A DNA stretch of 62,974 nt, counting the filler, from Licmophora abbreviata (Eukaryota): assembly GCA_900291995.1 (NCBI GenBank). It is 29 parts of 29 records of this genome, joined end to end, with 100 filler letters (N's around TTAATTAATTAA, not from the genome) between each part and the next. Parts side by side here need not be neighbours in the genome. Positions count along the whole stretch, not along the records: positions 48,100 to 51,492 come from OLMU01005580.1; positions 51,593 to 53,106 come from OLMU01005581.1; positions 53,207 to 54,228 come from OLMU01005582.1; positions 54,329 to 56,548 come from OLMU01005583.1; positions 56,649 to 57,674 come from OLMU01005588.1; positions 57,775 to 59,531 come from OLMU01005589.1; positions 59,632 to 61,276 come from OLMU01005590.1; 22 more parts are not named here. The stretch is one strand, 5' to 3'. This document shows positions 48,100 to 61,276 of this stretch, one piece after another (the first letter of the stretch is position 1; every line of letters starts with the position of its first letter). Position numbers and translations under genes: made by a program. Below the pieces are notes generated by a model. The model made no database searches, was not told the origin of the DNA, and saw only the letters and a list, made by a program, of their open reading frames with translations.

Positions 48100-48918
48100 G
48101 CCGTCGCTGCCGCACCGGCGGCTACTCCAGCTCCAGCTACTACAGCTGCACCCCCTCCCGCCGCAGCCCAACTGGTCGATTTGGCCATTCCTCAAGTGGA
48201 CACCCTGGGAACGTTCGAAGATGTTGCCAACAACAACATGCGCAAGATTATTGCACGTCGTCTTACGGAAAGCAAGAGCCAAGTGCCCCATTTCTACTCC
48301 TCTGTCGAAGTCGACCTAGACGAGGTCATGAAATTGCGCAAAAAGCTCGCCTCCAAGCACGAAATCAAGGTGTCTGTCAATGACTTGATCATCCGTTCTT
48401 CCGCCTTGGCACTACGCGATGTCCCGGAAGTGAACGCGACGTTGAATGCATCGACGGGCCAAGTCCAGCTACAAGATTCGATCGATATCAGTGTTGCTGT
48501 AGCGACACCGACAGGACTGATTACTCCGATTGTCCCCTCCACGGACTGTTTAGGTTTAGCCGATATTACCAATAAGGTTCGGGATCTAGCCGGACGTGCC
48601 CGTGAAGGCAAACTGCAACCTGAAGAATACCAAGGCGGCACTTTCTGCATTAGTAATTTGGGCATGTTTGGAGTGAATGAATTCAGTGCCGTGATCAATC
48701 CGCCGCAGGCTGCCATTCTTGCTGTCGGTGGTGGCACCAAGCGAATTGTGCCGACGCCGTACGTGGAAGGCGCTGAGGTGCAACCAAAACCGTCGATTCG
48801 TACTACCATGACGGCAAGGTTGAGTGCGGATCGTCGGGTTGTTGATGAAGCGACTGCAGCGCTGTTCTTATCTGTGTTTCGTGAATACTTGAGCAAACCT
48901 GACTTGCTGCTGTTGTAG
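48100..48918 (+). CDS. Pyruvate dehydrogenase E2-type core domain, E3BP/PDHX-like, 3' part
   Basis: MRKIIARRLTESKSQVPHFY, DISVAVATPTGLITPIV, GGTFCISNLGMFG, INPPQAAILAVG; the catalytic DHRxxDG reads DRRVVDE. Confidence 0.85.
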   Translation, partial: AVAAAPAATPAPATTAAPPPAAAQLVDLAIPQVDTLGTFEDVANNNMRKIIARRLTESKSQVPHFYSSVEVDLDEVMKLRKKLASKHEIKVSVNDLIIRSSALALRDVPEVNATLNASTGQVQLQDSIDISVAVATPTGLITPIVPSTDCLGLADITNKVRDLAGRAREGKLQPEEYQGGTFCISNLGMFGVNEFSAVINPPQAAILAVGGGTKRIVPTPYVEGAEVQPKPSIRTTMTARLSADRRVVDEATAALFLSVFREYLSKPDLLLL

Positions 48919-49472
48919 AGAAGAATGAAGTACCAACTCCGACTCTTCTAAGCGTAGGACGAAATGTGACCGGATTGTTGTTTTGAGGTTCTATTCTTAC
49001 AAACTTATATATGACACCTGCCATCCTTGGCAGAGTTCGTCTAGAGGCTTGCAACTTGTAGTCTACCTTCGATCGGAAGTGACTTGCCCTAACTTGACTC
49101 GACTCGACTCATCCTGTCGACTGGATCGACTCGACTCCTCACTAGACTTGGCCGCTTTTTTGTCAGAATCCCCAGGAAACCAAGAAAACTCTTCGAACCA
49201 CAGTTTTGGACGAAAAGGATACGAGTACGTAGAAAGTTTCCAAAACCACGCACGAGACCTGTACGGCAGATTCAGTAGCTCTTTCTACGGAGATGCAGCC
49301 ATGAGTGAGCGTTCCGCCGACGAGAGACGCTGAGCCGCCTGCCTGCCGTCATGGCATTGACCGTCTGCTCAGTATTCCTCTCGAGCCCACGACGACTCTC
49401 ACTGTAAACCTTTGCTAATCGTCGAAGCCTCGGTAAGATCTCTTTGCAGAACAATTCTCTTCTACCTTCAGA

Positions 49473-50711
49473 ATGGCATCGTACAGTCGCCAGTCCTCGG
49501 GAAACATTCAGGAAGACGGGACAATTACGGCAGCAGGAAAGGGCCAAGTCTGCCTTCCAACGGCCGAGAAGAACTCTCAGTTTCGCAAGCTCAAGGCTGT
49601 TCGTGACAATCAGGTTTGCTTTGATTGTCCCAATACCAAGCCCACCTGGGCCTCTGTGACGTACGGTAAGTGTCGAAGTCGGCCAATGACTTGTTCTGTC
49701 GGAGCCTTTTCTCCAGGCATTTCGTAGTCTAGTCGTGTGCTTGGAAGAGCGTCATTTTCCCTCTCATGCACTTCCAATTCCCCTCTTTCAGGCGTATTTC
49801 TTTGCTTGGATTGCTCTGCAACACACCGTGCCATGGGTGTGCATTTGACCTTCGTTCGGAGTGTCGATCTGGACGAGTGGACGCAGCGCCAAGTCGATGC
49901 CATGCGCCTTGGGGGTAACGGCAACGCACGGACCTTCTTCCGAAAGCATGGGCTGACGGACTTGTATGGAGGAAAAACGGAGAAGAAGTACAAGTCGAAA
50001 GCAGCAGCATCGTATCGCTCTGAGCTAGCGAAACTTGTCGAGGGCGAAGCTTCCAAGCGCGGGGAAGGAACCCAAGCTGTCGACGAGGCTGTGAATGGAG
50101 CTGCTAGCTTGTTGGACAATCTCGACTTTGCCGCTGCGACGGAGCAGAGCGAGCTGGCTAAGAAGAAGTTGGCGGAAGCCCGTGCCAGTGGATCAGCCCC
50201 GGTGCAGTCTGTCGCCAAGTTGGCGTCGGACCACCCGTCCGCGTCAAAGTTGGTCATCAGCAAGCCTCCCGCAGGTGGTGGCAAGACGATTCAGCTGCGC
50301 AAGCCTTCGTCGTTCGGGACGGGATCGAAAGTGTTGAAGAAAAAGTCGAGCAGCCTGGGACTTCGTGTCAACAAGCTGTCGGTGAATGGATCTGCGACGT
50401 CGAATGCAAGTGAAGATGACGATGGCTTCGAAGACATTGAAGCGACACAGAAGGCAGCGGCTGAAGCTGAAAAGGAATCCAAGCAGATGGCCTCAGACGA
50501 AGAGATGGCGCGCAAGCTGCAAGCGGAACTAAATGCCGGTACTCTAGTGCCTGTGTCAAACGGAATGTCGTCAGCGACCAAACCGCCCACGCCGCCTAAA
50601 CCGGTCGAGAAAAAGGAAGAAACAAAGGACAAGATACCCCCGGTGTCAGCGATGGAAGAGAACATGGCTCGCTTGAAGGCGATGAACAACGATTTCTTTT
50701 CCTCGGTTTAG
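49473..50711 (+). CDS. ArfGAP (ArfGAP2/3, Glo3-like); intron 49666-49791
   Basis: [53 protein letters not shown]. Confidence 0.92.
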
Positions 50712-50810
50712 AATTAGCCATCTAACCAGATCCTTTAACAGCACGCGGGAGCGCCTGACTAGGATCCTAGAGCTCATTTTGAAATGATCCGCCTACCGGT
50801 TGCCGACTAC

Positions 50811-51979
50811 CTAGTCTAGATCAGTGGATAAAGTAGTTCCAGGGGGAGCCCACAAGCGCAAGAGGTTGCCACACGCTGTGCACTTCGAAGACACATCCCT
50901 CAAAAATCGATCGCCTTCGGACGCAAGCTGCTCTCTCGTGGTCGGCTCCAGGTGCAGATTGAGCACGCGTAGATCCCCATACTGCGAGGGCAAGATCCCA
51001 AAACTGTCCATGTCAAATCGGTCAACGACCTCGACGACTCGAACATTCCCACTGGTCACATTAGCGTCGTGTTCTCCCTGCATAGCCAATGTTGTGGCGA
51101 AGCCCTTCTCTCCCGGCAGGTTGGGATACAGCATGACGCTTCCCCGTGCATACATGAAATCGACCATGAATCGCTTCCAGGATTTGGGCCACACGTTACT
51201 GCGCGCATCGGGAATGAAGAGCTCCCTAGGAGACAAGAGGAGGCCATCGTAGTGACCTGGCTGGGCTAACTCCTCGGCATGTAAGTCGTAATATGGAGCC
51301 TTCGCCCTCACATCTACAAATACCGAGAATTCATTCCAGCGGTCACTCCAGTACGCAACGCCCCAGCTTCCGGGCAGCCCTGACAAATAAGCAGGTTGCG
51401 TGGTTGCATTAGAAAACTGTAGACCTGGAGCTTTTCGTGCATCCCAACGTTTGAATGGCTTTCGTAGCTCCTGAATGCGGTTAGGGCTCAGCNNNNNNNN
51501 NNNNNNNNNNNNNNNNNNNNNNNNNNNNNNNNNNNNTTAATTAATTAANNNNNNNNNNNNNNNNNNNNNNNNNNNNNNNNNNNNNNNNNNNNCAGCGAAA
51601 ACCCCATCAGACTTGAATCGCGGCATTTTGGGTTGCGCCCGTAAGCATCAACCACCGCAAGAATCCATTGAAAATAATCTCTTGAGACGAGCATATCATC
51701 CTCAAGGCATAAAAGAAGTGAGTTCTCTCCCGCTTTGAAGGCGGCCTCTCCCATGGAGCTTAGCCACATTTCACGAATTCCGCTCTTTCGAGTCTTGGAT
51801 CCAACGTATTTCGGTCCATGTGGCCAGACGAGCTTGTTTGCTACTGCCAACACGTCACCATATGCACCAGAATCGATGTGGATGTACAAAGGAACAGGGA
51901 TATCCCATCCGTCATAGGTTGCAGAACCTAGCTGGTCAAGTAGAAGCTCTAGGGACTTGGGTCTACGCCAGCCGATCAA
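50811..51979 (-). CDS. GT-A fold glycosyltransferase-like protein (split by spacer; 5' end unresolved)
   Basis: RPKSLELLL, LYIHID, WPHGPK, LCLEDDMLVS, PGSWG, SWKRFM, MLYPN. Confidence 0.7.
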
Positions 51980-52391
51980 GAAGCGGCGCGGCGAGGATCA
52001 GTATGATAAAAGCGCCAAGTGTACAGAGTGCCAGCAACTCACAAATATTGACAAAGCATCGAAAAACGCTGTGCAGCACTTGGCGTATTCTTCTACTGGA
52101 ATTTACACTTGAAGAAACTGTGAACTATGATAGACAGACGCGTGACAGGTTCACTCAGAATTTTGACCCGTGATTGTGTTGACATTCGAGAAGACGGGCG
52201 GATCATGTTCTCGGATGCACTCTCTTTGCGCGAGCCTGATTGTATGAATATGCTTATACTTGTTACTCGAGACCGTATGCTAATAAAGTTCGATGTGTCT
52301 GGCCATCGTAGGGTAGTAGTAGGTTCGTCACCGTCGCACCGCGCACCGTACGTTTGTTTTGAAAGACAGCGAGACAATTCTCGATCGGACC

Positions 52392-53106
52392 ATGAGATTG
52401 TTACCTACGATCGTGCTCCTCTCCGCTGTGGAATCATGCTGTGGTTTCACTCTCCCATCAGGCGCTTTTCGCTTAACCAGTAGAAAATCCATTCTATCGT
52501 TGGCACTCAGCTCAGGAGGGAGCAGCGACACCCCGAAGCAATCGCGAATTGAGGGAAACCAACGGGAACCAAACAAGGAAGAGCTCGCCATTATGGATGA
52601 TATGATCACCAAGCTGGCAAATGCTAAGCCGTATGACCTTCCGAATGCTGTTCGAAGGGCGTTCCGGGTCTGTTCGAGTCCTCGATTTTTCATGAGGATC
52701 GCCGAACGCGCTGACTCGACTGACGACGAGGAAGAACAGGCGAAACTCTCAGCTCTTGCGTCGAACCTTGTCGCCACGTTGGAGGCTGTTGTTTCTACGA
52801 CGGAAGACCAGCTAGATGAAAGGGCCAAGGAGGTGGAGTCTGTCGTTGCGGCAGCTGCTGAACCAGACTCGGGCGAGTTTCTAGTGCCCTTGACGAAGGA
52901 ACGAGTCGATGCTATGAGACTTGCTCTAGATAAGCTGGAACCGTCGTCCCTGGATGAGGGTTTCTTGTCCACAGTAGACGCTTGGATGAATAAGAGCCAT
53001 GAGGATGGGATGGATGGAATGGTCGGAATTCTACAAAAGGTTTTGCAAGTCTACGCAGGAAAACAGCTCTTTCTTGCCCGTGCCTCGCATGAGGCAACCG
53101 ACAATG
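52392..53106 (+). CDS. Plastid-targeted uncharacterised protein, 3' truncated
   Basis: Signal peptide ending CCG|F (ASAF-like) plus a Ser/Arg transit peptide; conserved-looking LDEGFLSTV..LQKVLQVYA. Confidence 0.7.
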
Positions 53107-53206
53107 NNNNNNNNNNNNNNNNNNNNNNNNNNNNNNNNNNNNNNNNNNNNTTAATTAATTAANNNNNNNNNNNNNNNNNNNNNNNNNNNNNNNNNNNNNN
53201 NNNNNN

Positions 53207-56200
53207 AATATCAACAGTTCCCAAAAGGTGACTTACCCGAGAAGAAGTTATTGATCCCGATGTAGACAGAAGCAAGAATCTGCGCTGTCTTCATGCCCCT
53301 AACAGAACAAACGAAGAGCTGTCCAAAGTACGAGTAAAGCGCCGTGTTAAAAGTGAAGAAGCCCCAATACGCGAAGGATCTACCAACATTCGTGGGATTA
53401 AAACCCATCATGGGAATGAATATCACGCAGAACAAGAACGAAGAGAGCAAGATAAACCATTTCTCGGCAACGCCAAGTGCGAAAGCAACAGGGAGGTCAG
53501 ACACCATGCCTGCCGCTCGATGGCGATAGAATATGTCGCGAATCTCCAGCATGACAGGTAGCACAGAATTGATTGCTAGCACCCCTATGATGATAAAAGA
53601 GATGAAGACAGTCGAGAGGACACTCGACATTTCCTGCTCACTGTAAACCGAAGGATTTCTACGGGTGACGAACACCGACCCTAGAATGAAAGCAATGATA
53701 AGCGAGATGACCATTCGTGCAAGGTTGTAAGCTGGGGAGCGCCAGTAGATTGTACGGAGCCGCTGATTCACCAGGACCTGTTGGTCCTTCTTGGAAGCCG
53801 CAAACTCAGTCTGGAATTTTATTTCCATGTCTGGATCTCTCGTTTCGACAACATCCTTCAGACTCGACTTGAGCTTTTCGAATTCTTCCGAGTCAAGAAA
53901 CTTCTCCGCATAGTCGATGTCTGATTCTTCCGATGTAATGGCCGACAGCATCCAATTCGCTGGATTTCCTCCATGCCCGATCTTACTTGCACCAAGTCCT
54001 TCAAAGTAACGCACGAGGTAATGGCTTTCTTCGCCCAGTTCTCCGAAGAAGACGGTGCGCCCCCCTGTCATGAGCAACTGCAAAGCATCCTGTTTAACAT
54101 ACATAGCAGGGTCGCACGGGATCTCTTCAGGTGAGAAGGCAATCTTGAAGCCTCAGCCCGGCCACAATTGACGATTTGATCGCGCCCACTTACAAACATC
54201 TCGAACACCGCCGACGAGGGTTGGTGAANNNNNNNNNNNNNNNNNNNNNNNNNNNNNNNNNNNNNNNNNNNNTTAATTAATTAANNNNNNNNNNNNNNNN
54301 NNNNNNNNNNNNNNNNNNNNNNNNNNNNCAATTAGCGCAGCTCTTGAGTCCAACCCAGATGTCGGCTGCGTTGCCGCATCAAAGAGGGCGACAGAAAACT
54401 GCTTAGGACTATCACAAAACGTTTGGAGCACCACCCATTTTTCGCAGCACTTACCTCATCCAAGAAGAGAATGGACGGGGAGGCTGCTAGCTCTACGGCA
54501 ATGGAGACACGCTTTCTCTGCTCAAAGCTCAAGCCGCCTTCGCCCTCACGACCAACAAGACTGTCGGCAAGAGGTACAAGCTCCAGCATGCGAAGGACTT
54601 GATCTACAAACTTCTGCTTTATCTCGTCGTCGGCCGTGGCAGGGTCAGCAGAGTCAAGACGCAGGCGAGCCGAGAAGAGGACAGTCTCACGTACGCTCAG
54701 CTCAGCCGCCTGCACGTCGAACTGCTCCACGTAACCCGAGCACCTCCTGAATGATACCGCCTGCTGCTCGAAGCCGTTGAGTCGAACATCCCCTGTCACG
54801 GTTCCCGAAGTCTTTCGCAGAGCGATGACGTCCTAAAACACGAGATCATGAAACTACGTGAGATGTATGTTCCGTTGGCATGAACGAAAGCCCGTTGACC
54901 AACTTACCATCAGAGTCGTCTTTCCCGCGCCACTGCTACCCATTAAAGCGGTCATGCAACCAGACTTGAAAACTCCACAAATGTCATTCAGCAATCTAAG
55001 AGTTCCCTTTCCCGTAGACGCTTTTACATCATAGCATACATTCTCAAACGAGAGAGTGACTGGCGTAAACGGAATCTCCACATTATCGTCAGGCTGAACG
55101 GGTTCTTCTACGTCGTCTTTAAGAATGCCATCGTCCGACGTGCCCTTCGCTGCCTGAGCAGGGTCGGCGCGCACGGTCTTGAGGAAAAACCCAGTTAGCA
55201 TTGTACAAAGAACTGCATACGGCACAAGATAAGCGAATGCATATCCTATCCATTCGGTACCGAATGGTTCCCCGTTGTGAACTTGCCCTGCCGATGTAAG
55301 AATCAGCTCTCCATACGTGATGCCGGTATCAGAACCCGGGTATGGGGCACTGTACTTGTCGCTCTGGAACTCATTCACAAGGACAGCACGATATGCCCAC
55401 GCAAGAGGATTCCACCAGAATAGCCAGCTGTAGTAGTCGGGTATGACGGTGGGATTGACGATGAAGCCGCAGAAGATAATCTGGAAAAAGAGAATGACTG
55501 CGCTGTAGCCTTGGACTTCCGCCTTCGTTTTCGCAAAAGCGGCAAAGATGCCCAACATCTGGTTCATGACAACTGCGAAAACAAACAGTATTGCAATGAA
55601 GATGAAAAAGTTGGAAGCCGACTTCTCCAAACCGACCATCCAGTAGATGATCGTCCCGAAAATCGACACATCAATAAGCGCCTGCGAATACAATCGAGAA
55701 ACGACGCACTTAGCCTTGAGACGCGCATCATCCATCGACGGTGACCTCATCCCATTGCTGCTTACCTGAGGGACCAGGGAAAGCCCCAAGCCAATTGCAT
55801 ACGTGAACGGACCGTAGAAATTCGCATCGGCGTGCTTGTAGTAAATGATCCTATCGGAGACCTGCTCTGGGATCGACACCATGGCACCTGCTCAAATGTT
55901 AAATGTTACAACTGGTTAGACATTTACCTTGTCAAACCGAGCGCACATACCGCAACTTCTTACCTAACATGATGAACAGCATGATTTGAAACATGACACC
56001 GAAGATTGAAGCGATGCTGTCTGTGTCGAAAAAGACTCCTCCACACTGACACCCATAATAAGGTTCTTCACGCCATTGGCAATGAGAAAGCGTTTGTCTC
56101 GCAACCAAATGAGAATGTTTCGCTTGAAGTTTAGCCAGATCATGCGCGGCACTGAGTTTCGGTACTATGCCTTGAGCATAGCCATAGTGAGTCTACCAAC

Positions 56201-56548
56201 AAGCGATGGCTCCTTTGCGTTTTCCCACTGGTTGTACCAGGGCTCACTCATCCGCTTGGACACGCTTTCTCTGCGGCTGCTGGCGTCAAAGATTTCCGCC
56301 AGTTCCTTGACGGAATATGGGGAAGTCTTATCGTTGTCAGAGGGTCGATAAAGCGACGCCCCGTCAGGTGTAGCTGAAAGTAAAAGGTGAACACAAACAC
56401 AACAATCATTGAGTAACATACAAGACCGAAGCAAGAAACTGACACACACTTCGTACGAACCAACGAGCTGCAAAAAGTCGGCAACATCCACGTGGTCGGG
56501 ACATTTATATCCGAGATCAGCAAAATAATCTTCCACAGTGTCGATTGG
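53207..56548 (-). CDS. Full-size ABCG (PDR-type) transporter, multi-exon internal fragment
   Basis: DVADFLQ, TM domain 1, Walker A GSSGAGKTT, GYVEQFD, GLSFEQRKRVSIAVELAASPSILFLDE, NPANWML, YWRSPAYN. Confidence 0.93.
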
Positions 56549-56648
56549 NNNNNNNNNNNNNNNNNNNNNNNNNNNNNNNNNNNNNNNNNNNNTTAATTAA
56601 TTAANNNNNNNNNNNNNNNNNNNNNNNNNNNNNNNNNNNNNNNNNNNN

Positions 56649-57674
56649 CGTGTTGACAAACTCCTGATACCCGTAGGTGAACTTGTTCGTGGCAAAGTGG
56701 GTTGGAGGCGTCGGCCATGGCTGTGGAACATGGTCCACGAGGGATGGCATGGAGATCCCCATGTTTGCATGGGCCTTGTCAACAGCATCGCGTACATCAC
56801 CAAACGATTCCGCAATGACCCAGCCTTCCCCACGAAGCATGCCCGACACGTCCGCCTTGAACATGTTCAAAGAGTGATAGACGGCCTTCTCGCGAAGGAC
56901 AACCCACGTCCAGCGTTCCGTGTGCTTGGCAAGCATCTGGCAGAGACGGAAGCGCGTATCCTGGTTCTTGAGGAGGACTGTACGTGAATCAACAAGCTCC
57001 TGAGCGTTCTCCGTGAGCATGCGATCAACAGCAGGGGCGTCGTCCATGTCGGGGAGGGAGTAGCGGTGGGCATCAAAGGCGTCGCAGATCTTCTTCAACT
57101 TGGTCTCGATAGCCATCGACTTGTAAAAGACGATAAAGACGCACTTTTCGATAAGTGCACCAGTCTCCGGATCGGTAATAGGCTGCTGGATGGGGGCAAA
57201 GCGAACGTAGCAATTTCCTCGCGTGGCCCGGAAAATCATGCGCTCGAAGCGAACCTTTTCTTCCGTCGACACCACACCGGTAATGGACGAGAAACGCATG
57301 TCCATGTCGCGGACAGCAGCCACACCATCCGACTCCAGCAAGCCCTCGGTACGATCCTCCGGCAGAGCACCTTCGTCACGGCCGCCGGTAGTAAGTTCCG
57401 AAACAGCCAACCTTGGGGCATCGGCGATGAAGAAGCGACGGGCTTTCTCCAAGGTCTCCTGCAACTCTACTTTCTGTGGTCAAAGATTAAAAAAAAGAAT
57501 CAGTAAAATATTTGAACCGTCGACTAAACTGCATCAATGCCAGACGATGATCACGGCGAACATCACACGAACCTCGTTGTACTCCGTCGTGAGTTTCTCA
57601 CTGTAATTGTTCAGTTCCCGTAGCTGAGACTCATAGCCCTCAAGCTCGACTTCCATGCTCTCGAGAAGCTGAGC
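56649..57674 (-). CDS. V-type H+-ATPase V0 subunit a, N-terminal cytosolic part (fragment with intron)
   Basis: FERMIFRATRGN, KKICDAFDA, REKAVYHSLN, EGWV, PPTHFATNKFTYGYQEFVNT. Confidence 0.93.
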
Positions 57675-58133
57675 NNNNNNNNNNNNNNNNNNNNNNNNNN
57701 NNNNNNNNNNNNNNNNNNTTAATTAATTAANNNNNNNNNNNNNNNNNNNNNNNNNNNNNNNNNNNNNNNNNNNNACCGGAGACAAAGATTTACCTCGCAA
57801 ATCCCAAAACGTGGATGTACCCGAGGAGAGACGTCTATGACCGATATCTTCTCCCTCGATGTGGGATAAGGAAGGAGGGCAAGCAGAAGGTTGAAGAGCC
57901 GAAGGACAACCACAGAGACCAGAGCGAGCCAGACGAACTCCGCGGTCTCTCTTTCGTTGAAGAGTAAAGTGTTTAGCACTCGCGATGCATTCACTATCTG
58001 GGACCAGGGAAAAGCGTACTCTAGATCGGGAACTAGAGACAACTCAAACTAGAATTTTTGGAGCTTTCGATCTATCATTATCTCAGCATCTAGTTCTATT
58101 GTATACCCGCTTCTTCCTCCATTTGCCTTGTCT

Positions 58134-60133
58134 CTACAACAGACTAACCCCGGCCTTTGCAAGCATGTGCTGGAGACCAGCAGAGAGTTTCGGGTCCGCG
58201 CCCAGTCCTTCGTGAATGATAGGTTCCAGGCAACCAGGCTGCGCGGAACTCAGTCCATGAAGAGCTTGGGCGAAGGCAAGAACGGGATCCGAGACTTCAG
58301 AAAATGGGTCTTCCGTCGGCTTCCGCGCGAACTGAAGGCTTGAGTAAGCGGAATCGTACGTGATTTCCTCTTCGACGACAATGTCCACACTATCAGCCTT
58401 GGAATCCGAAAAGGTCGAGCCGGAGAGTGTCAATATGGACACGACAAGCGCTAGAGCCTGGGATAAAACCTTCTGGCCGCTGGGATCCTGAAGAAGGGAC
58501 GACGAGTCAGAAATCAGTCGCGCAAGCCCCACGACCTGAATCTTGGCTTGCATTTGGACAGGAGGGCTGCTCTTCATCGAGGGAACCCAAATTTGGCTGA
58601 GCAGGATAGTGCCGAGCCCTGGCTGTATCGCATTCAACTGCCCAAAATAGGACTCGCCTCCAAGCTTCCCAACGAAGAGGGCCAAGAAGTGCGAAACAAG
58701 ATTACACAGCTTCGGCGTCTTTGAATTCTGCAGGCGAGTCAGAATCATCTCGAAAACAGTGCGAAGGTATTGATGCAAGTCAGTCGATGGAATATGCTGG
58801 ACCAAAGAGCTCAATAAGTCGAAGGCATAAGCTTCGTTGGCTCGGCTCGCGATCAACTTTTGATAGATGCCAAGAATGGTGACCAGATGGCCCATTTTCG
58901 CTATCTCAACACCAGAGTTTCCAAGATATGCGCGGAGCAGACGAGTTAATGCCGGAATGTTGCCCTTTCGTCCCCAAAGGTTTTTATGAAGCAAAGGCAC
59001 AAAAAGAAGGGTGTATGCCTCACCCAGTCCAGCATTACGCGGTCGATACTCCAAGAGCTGTGCCAGCACCTGGAAGACATAGGGAGTGAACTCCGACACG
59101 TCCATCTGTAGGATCATTTGAAAAGGCGGAAAGAGCGCCGCCTCGAATGCAGCAGCTGCATTCGGATCCTTCGAACAGACCGCCCGAACAATGACGGCAA
59201 TCGATTCGAAAACGTAGTGGTTGTACTGAGGATTGCGGGGATTTTTCGCCACCCGGGCGAGACTTGCAGTGAGTTTTTCGAGAACAATCTGCATGAGCGG
59301 CAGCAGATCTTGTTGGCCTACAGCAAGCGACCGCATCACGCATTTCATGACATACGAGTTCTCGTTGAGGCTCTCTGCATCGACGATCTTGAAGAGCGAA
59401 GTGAACAGCTGCTCAAGGTACGGTTTCAGGTCTGATGCGCCAAACTTGGCCTTTTTCTCACCACCCGACGGCCCGTCTCCATCTTGCTTGGTAGTAAGCG
59501 TTCTTTCGATGGCATGAGCCGCATATGTGTGNNNNNNNNNNNNNNNNNNNNNNNNNNNNNNNNNNNNNNNNNNNNTTAATTAATTAANNNNNNNNNNNNN
59601 NNNNNNNNNNNNNNNNNNNNNNNNNNNNNNNTTGGTCGGGAAAATCCACAGCCGCAATCAGACTGATGGCTTCGGAACACTGCGACTGAATACTTGGAGG
59701 GACGGTGCACATGAGTTCGACGAGGTGACTCTTGATCAAGCCACGATCTTTGACGGAAATGTGAATGTCCTTGGTCTTGTCGTGTTCGTCCCAGCCGTTC
59801 TTGACGATGTTTTTGAAATGAACGGCGGCGGCCTGTCGGACGCTTGGATTCGGGACGTTCGCGTTGGCGACTATCTGAAGGACGGCCAAGGGGTGCCCAT
59901 CGATCTTCTGTGCCTGATCTAGCTGCTGTTCGGCTGGAATAGAAAGAGAAGCAGCCAACGGGTGAGAACGGGCTACTGACAGAGTCGGTCGTTCGTTGAT
60001 GGTAGCAAACTTTCTTGCTCTGGCAAGGAGCCGCATTTCTTCGCTTACCGCTACGACGGATGTCTTCCTGCGGCGACAGTGTCTGCTCCAACACAGCATT
60101 GAGCTGTTCGGGACTGAGATGAGACGATGCCAT
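58134..60133 (-). CDS. CSE1: Exportin-2 / CSE1 (split by spacer; intron near 59937-60048)
   Basis: Importin-beta N-domain VRQAAAVHFKN..IKSHLVELM..SEAISLIAAVDFPDQ; ENSYVMKCVMR, NPRNPQYNHYVFESIA, EFTPYVFQVLAQLLE, GNIPALTRLL. Confidence 0.93.
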
Positions 60134-60577
60134 GGTTCAGATACGGTGAAACGCGAGACAAAAAGTCGACTACAGACGGCTCATGCTCATTACAGCATTG
60201 CCACAAGATGTGGCCACAGGATTCATTCTTATTCTCCAACAAGGTGACCGTTATCCCGGACATCAGTTGCGAACCCCGTGGAGAAACTTACTTAATGAGA
60301 GCGAGCCACCACGTACAGTTTGTACTGAAATATACACAATGGATCTTTCTGATTTCGCTTCTTGCAATTCGAAGCTCGCATCAAAATCATGGACCATGGC
60401 GGTCGGAGATCTCTGTTGACATGTTCCCTCTATCAGCTCCCTCTTGCTGCTTCTAACGCTCTGAGACATAGCCCCGTTTCTAAGGGGATGATAATGACAA
60501 GCGGGCCCATGTCAAGAAACGAAATGGCGTGAACAGGAGGATGTGGAAGACTGACGCCAAGAAGGACAATTTCGGAC

Positions 60578-60943
60578 ATGATGGATCGTAAACGAACAGA
60601 CAATTCGCTTCCATCCATTGTCTTTTTGTCAATAGTACTGTTGATCTTAATCCTATATACGATAAGAAAGTCTTCGATTCTGTTGCAGCAGATGCGAGAA
60701 CGACATAATAACGCCACTACTGCTGCTTTCACGACGGCTTCATCCCAAGCAGAGACGTTGGCGGCAAGTGCGCGTCAGTCGCATCAGACGCAACAACAAG
60801 AGCTGGAAGAAGAACTGCGATCCACAAAGAAGGTGCAGGCACAAGTCAAGACACAGCTGAGAGATCTCAAGAGGATGGTGGCCCAGTATCAAGCCAATCA
60901 GCAGGAGAGGGAACAACAAGGAAACGACGCAAAGCATGACTAG
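60578..60943 (+). CDS. Small single-TM coiled-coil protein
   Basis: Hydrophobic IVFLSIVLLILILY followed by a Q/E-rich coiled coil. Confidence 0.5.
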   Translation: MMDRKRTDNSLPSIVFLSIVLLILILYTIRKSSILLQQMRERHNNATTAAFTTASSQAETLAASARQSHQTQQQELEEELRSTKKVQAQVKTQLRDLKRMVAQYQANQQEREQQGNDAKHD

Positions 60944-61056
60944 CTAGCGTCTTACTACAAGTAGAGAGGCAGGTATTGTAGTCAATGTCCAAGCTGTATT
61001 ACAGAGCTTTCTAAAAATTCAATACCTGCTATAAGTATTAGCTGGAATCAGTCTGT

Positions 61057-61276
61057 TCACTCGACCTTCTTGGTCGTCTCCACTTCCCATGGACGCGCAG
61101 GAGGTTTTGGCAGCGGCACGTTGTTGGCACGGTCACGGTCTCGTCGAGCCCGACCCATCGCCCATGCCGCAGCCCCCCGCTTCCTTCCCCATACAAGTCC
61201 GACAGCGGCAAGCATGTCGATGAACAGCTTGGAAGGGTTGAACTGAGATGAAATACCGAATTCAGATGCGGCATAG
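61057..61276 (-). CDS. Acyl-CoA/acyl-lipid delta-9 desaturase, C-terminal fragment (not in the ORF track)
   Basis: Manual translation: YAASEFGISSQFNPSKLFIDMLAAVGLVWGRKRGAAAWAMGRARRD...KKVE-stop, matching the SCD/OLE1-type DY..SE....NP.K.FID tail. Confidence 0.8.

Noticed and set aside
49094..49140. (GACTC)n stretch as a regulatory array
   Set aside because: Short imperfect pentanucleotide microsatellite with no further support.
61160..61185. Frameshift in the desaturase at the G run
   Set aside because: Six G on the minus strand keep the frame (AAG CGG GGG GCT); the ORF track simply lists a different frame.
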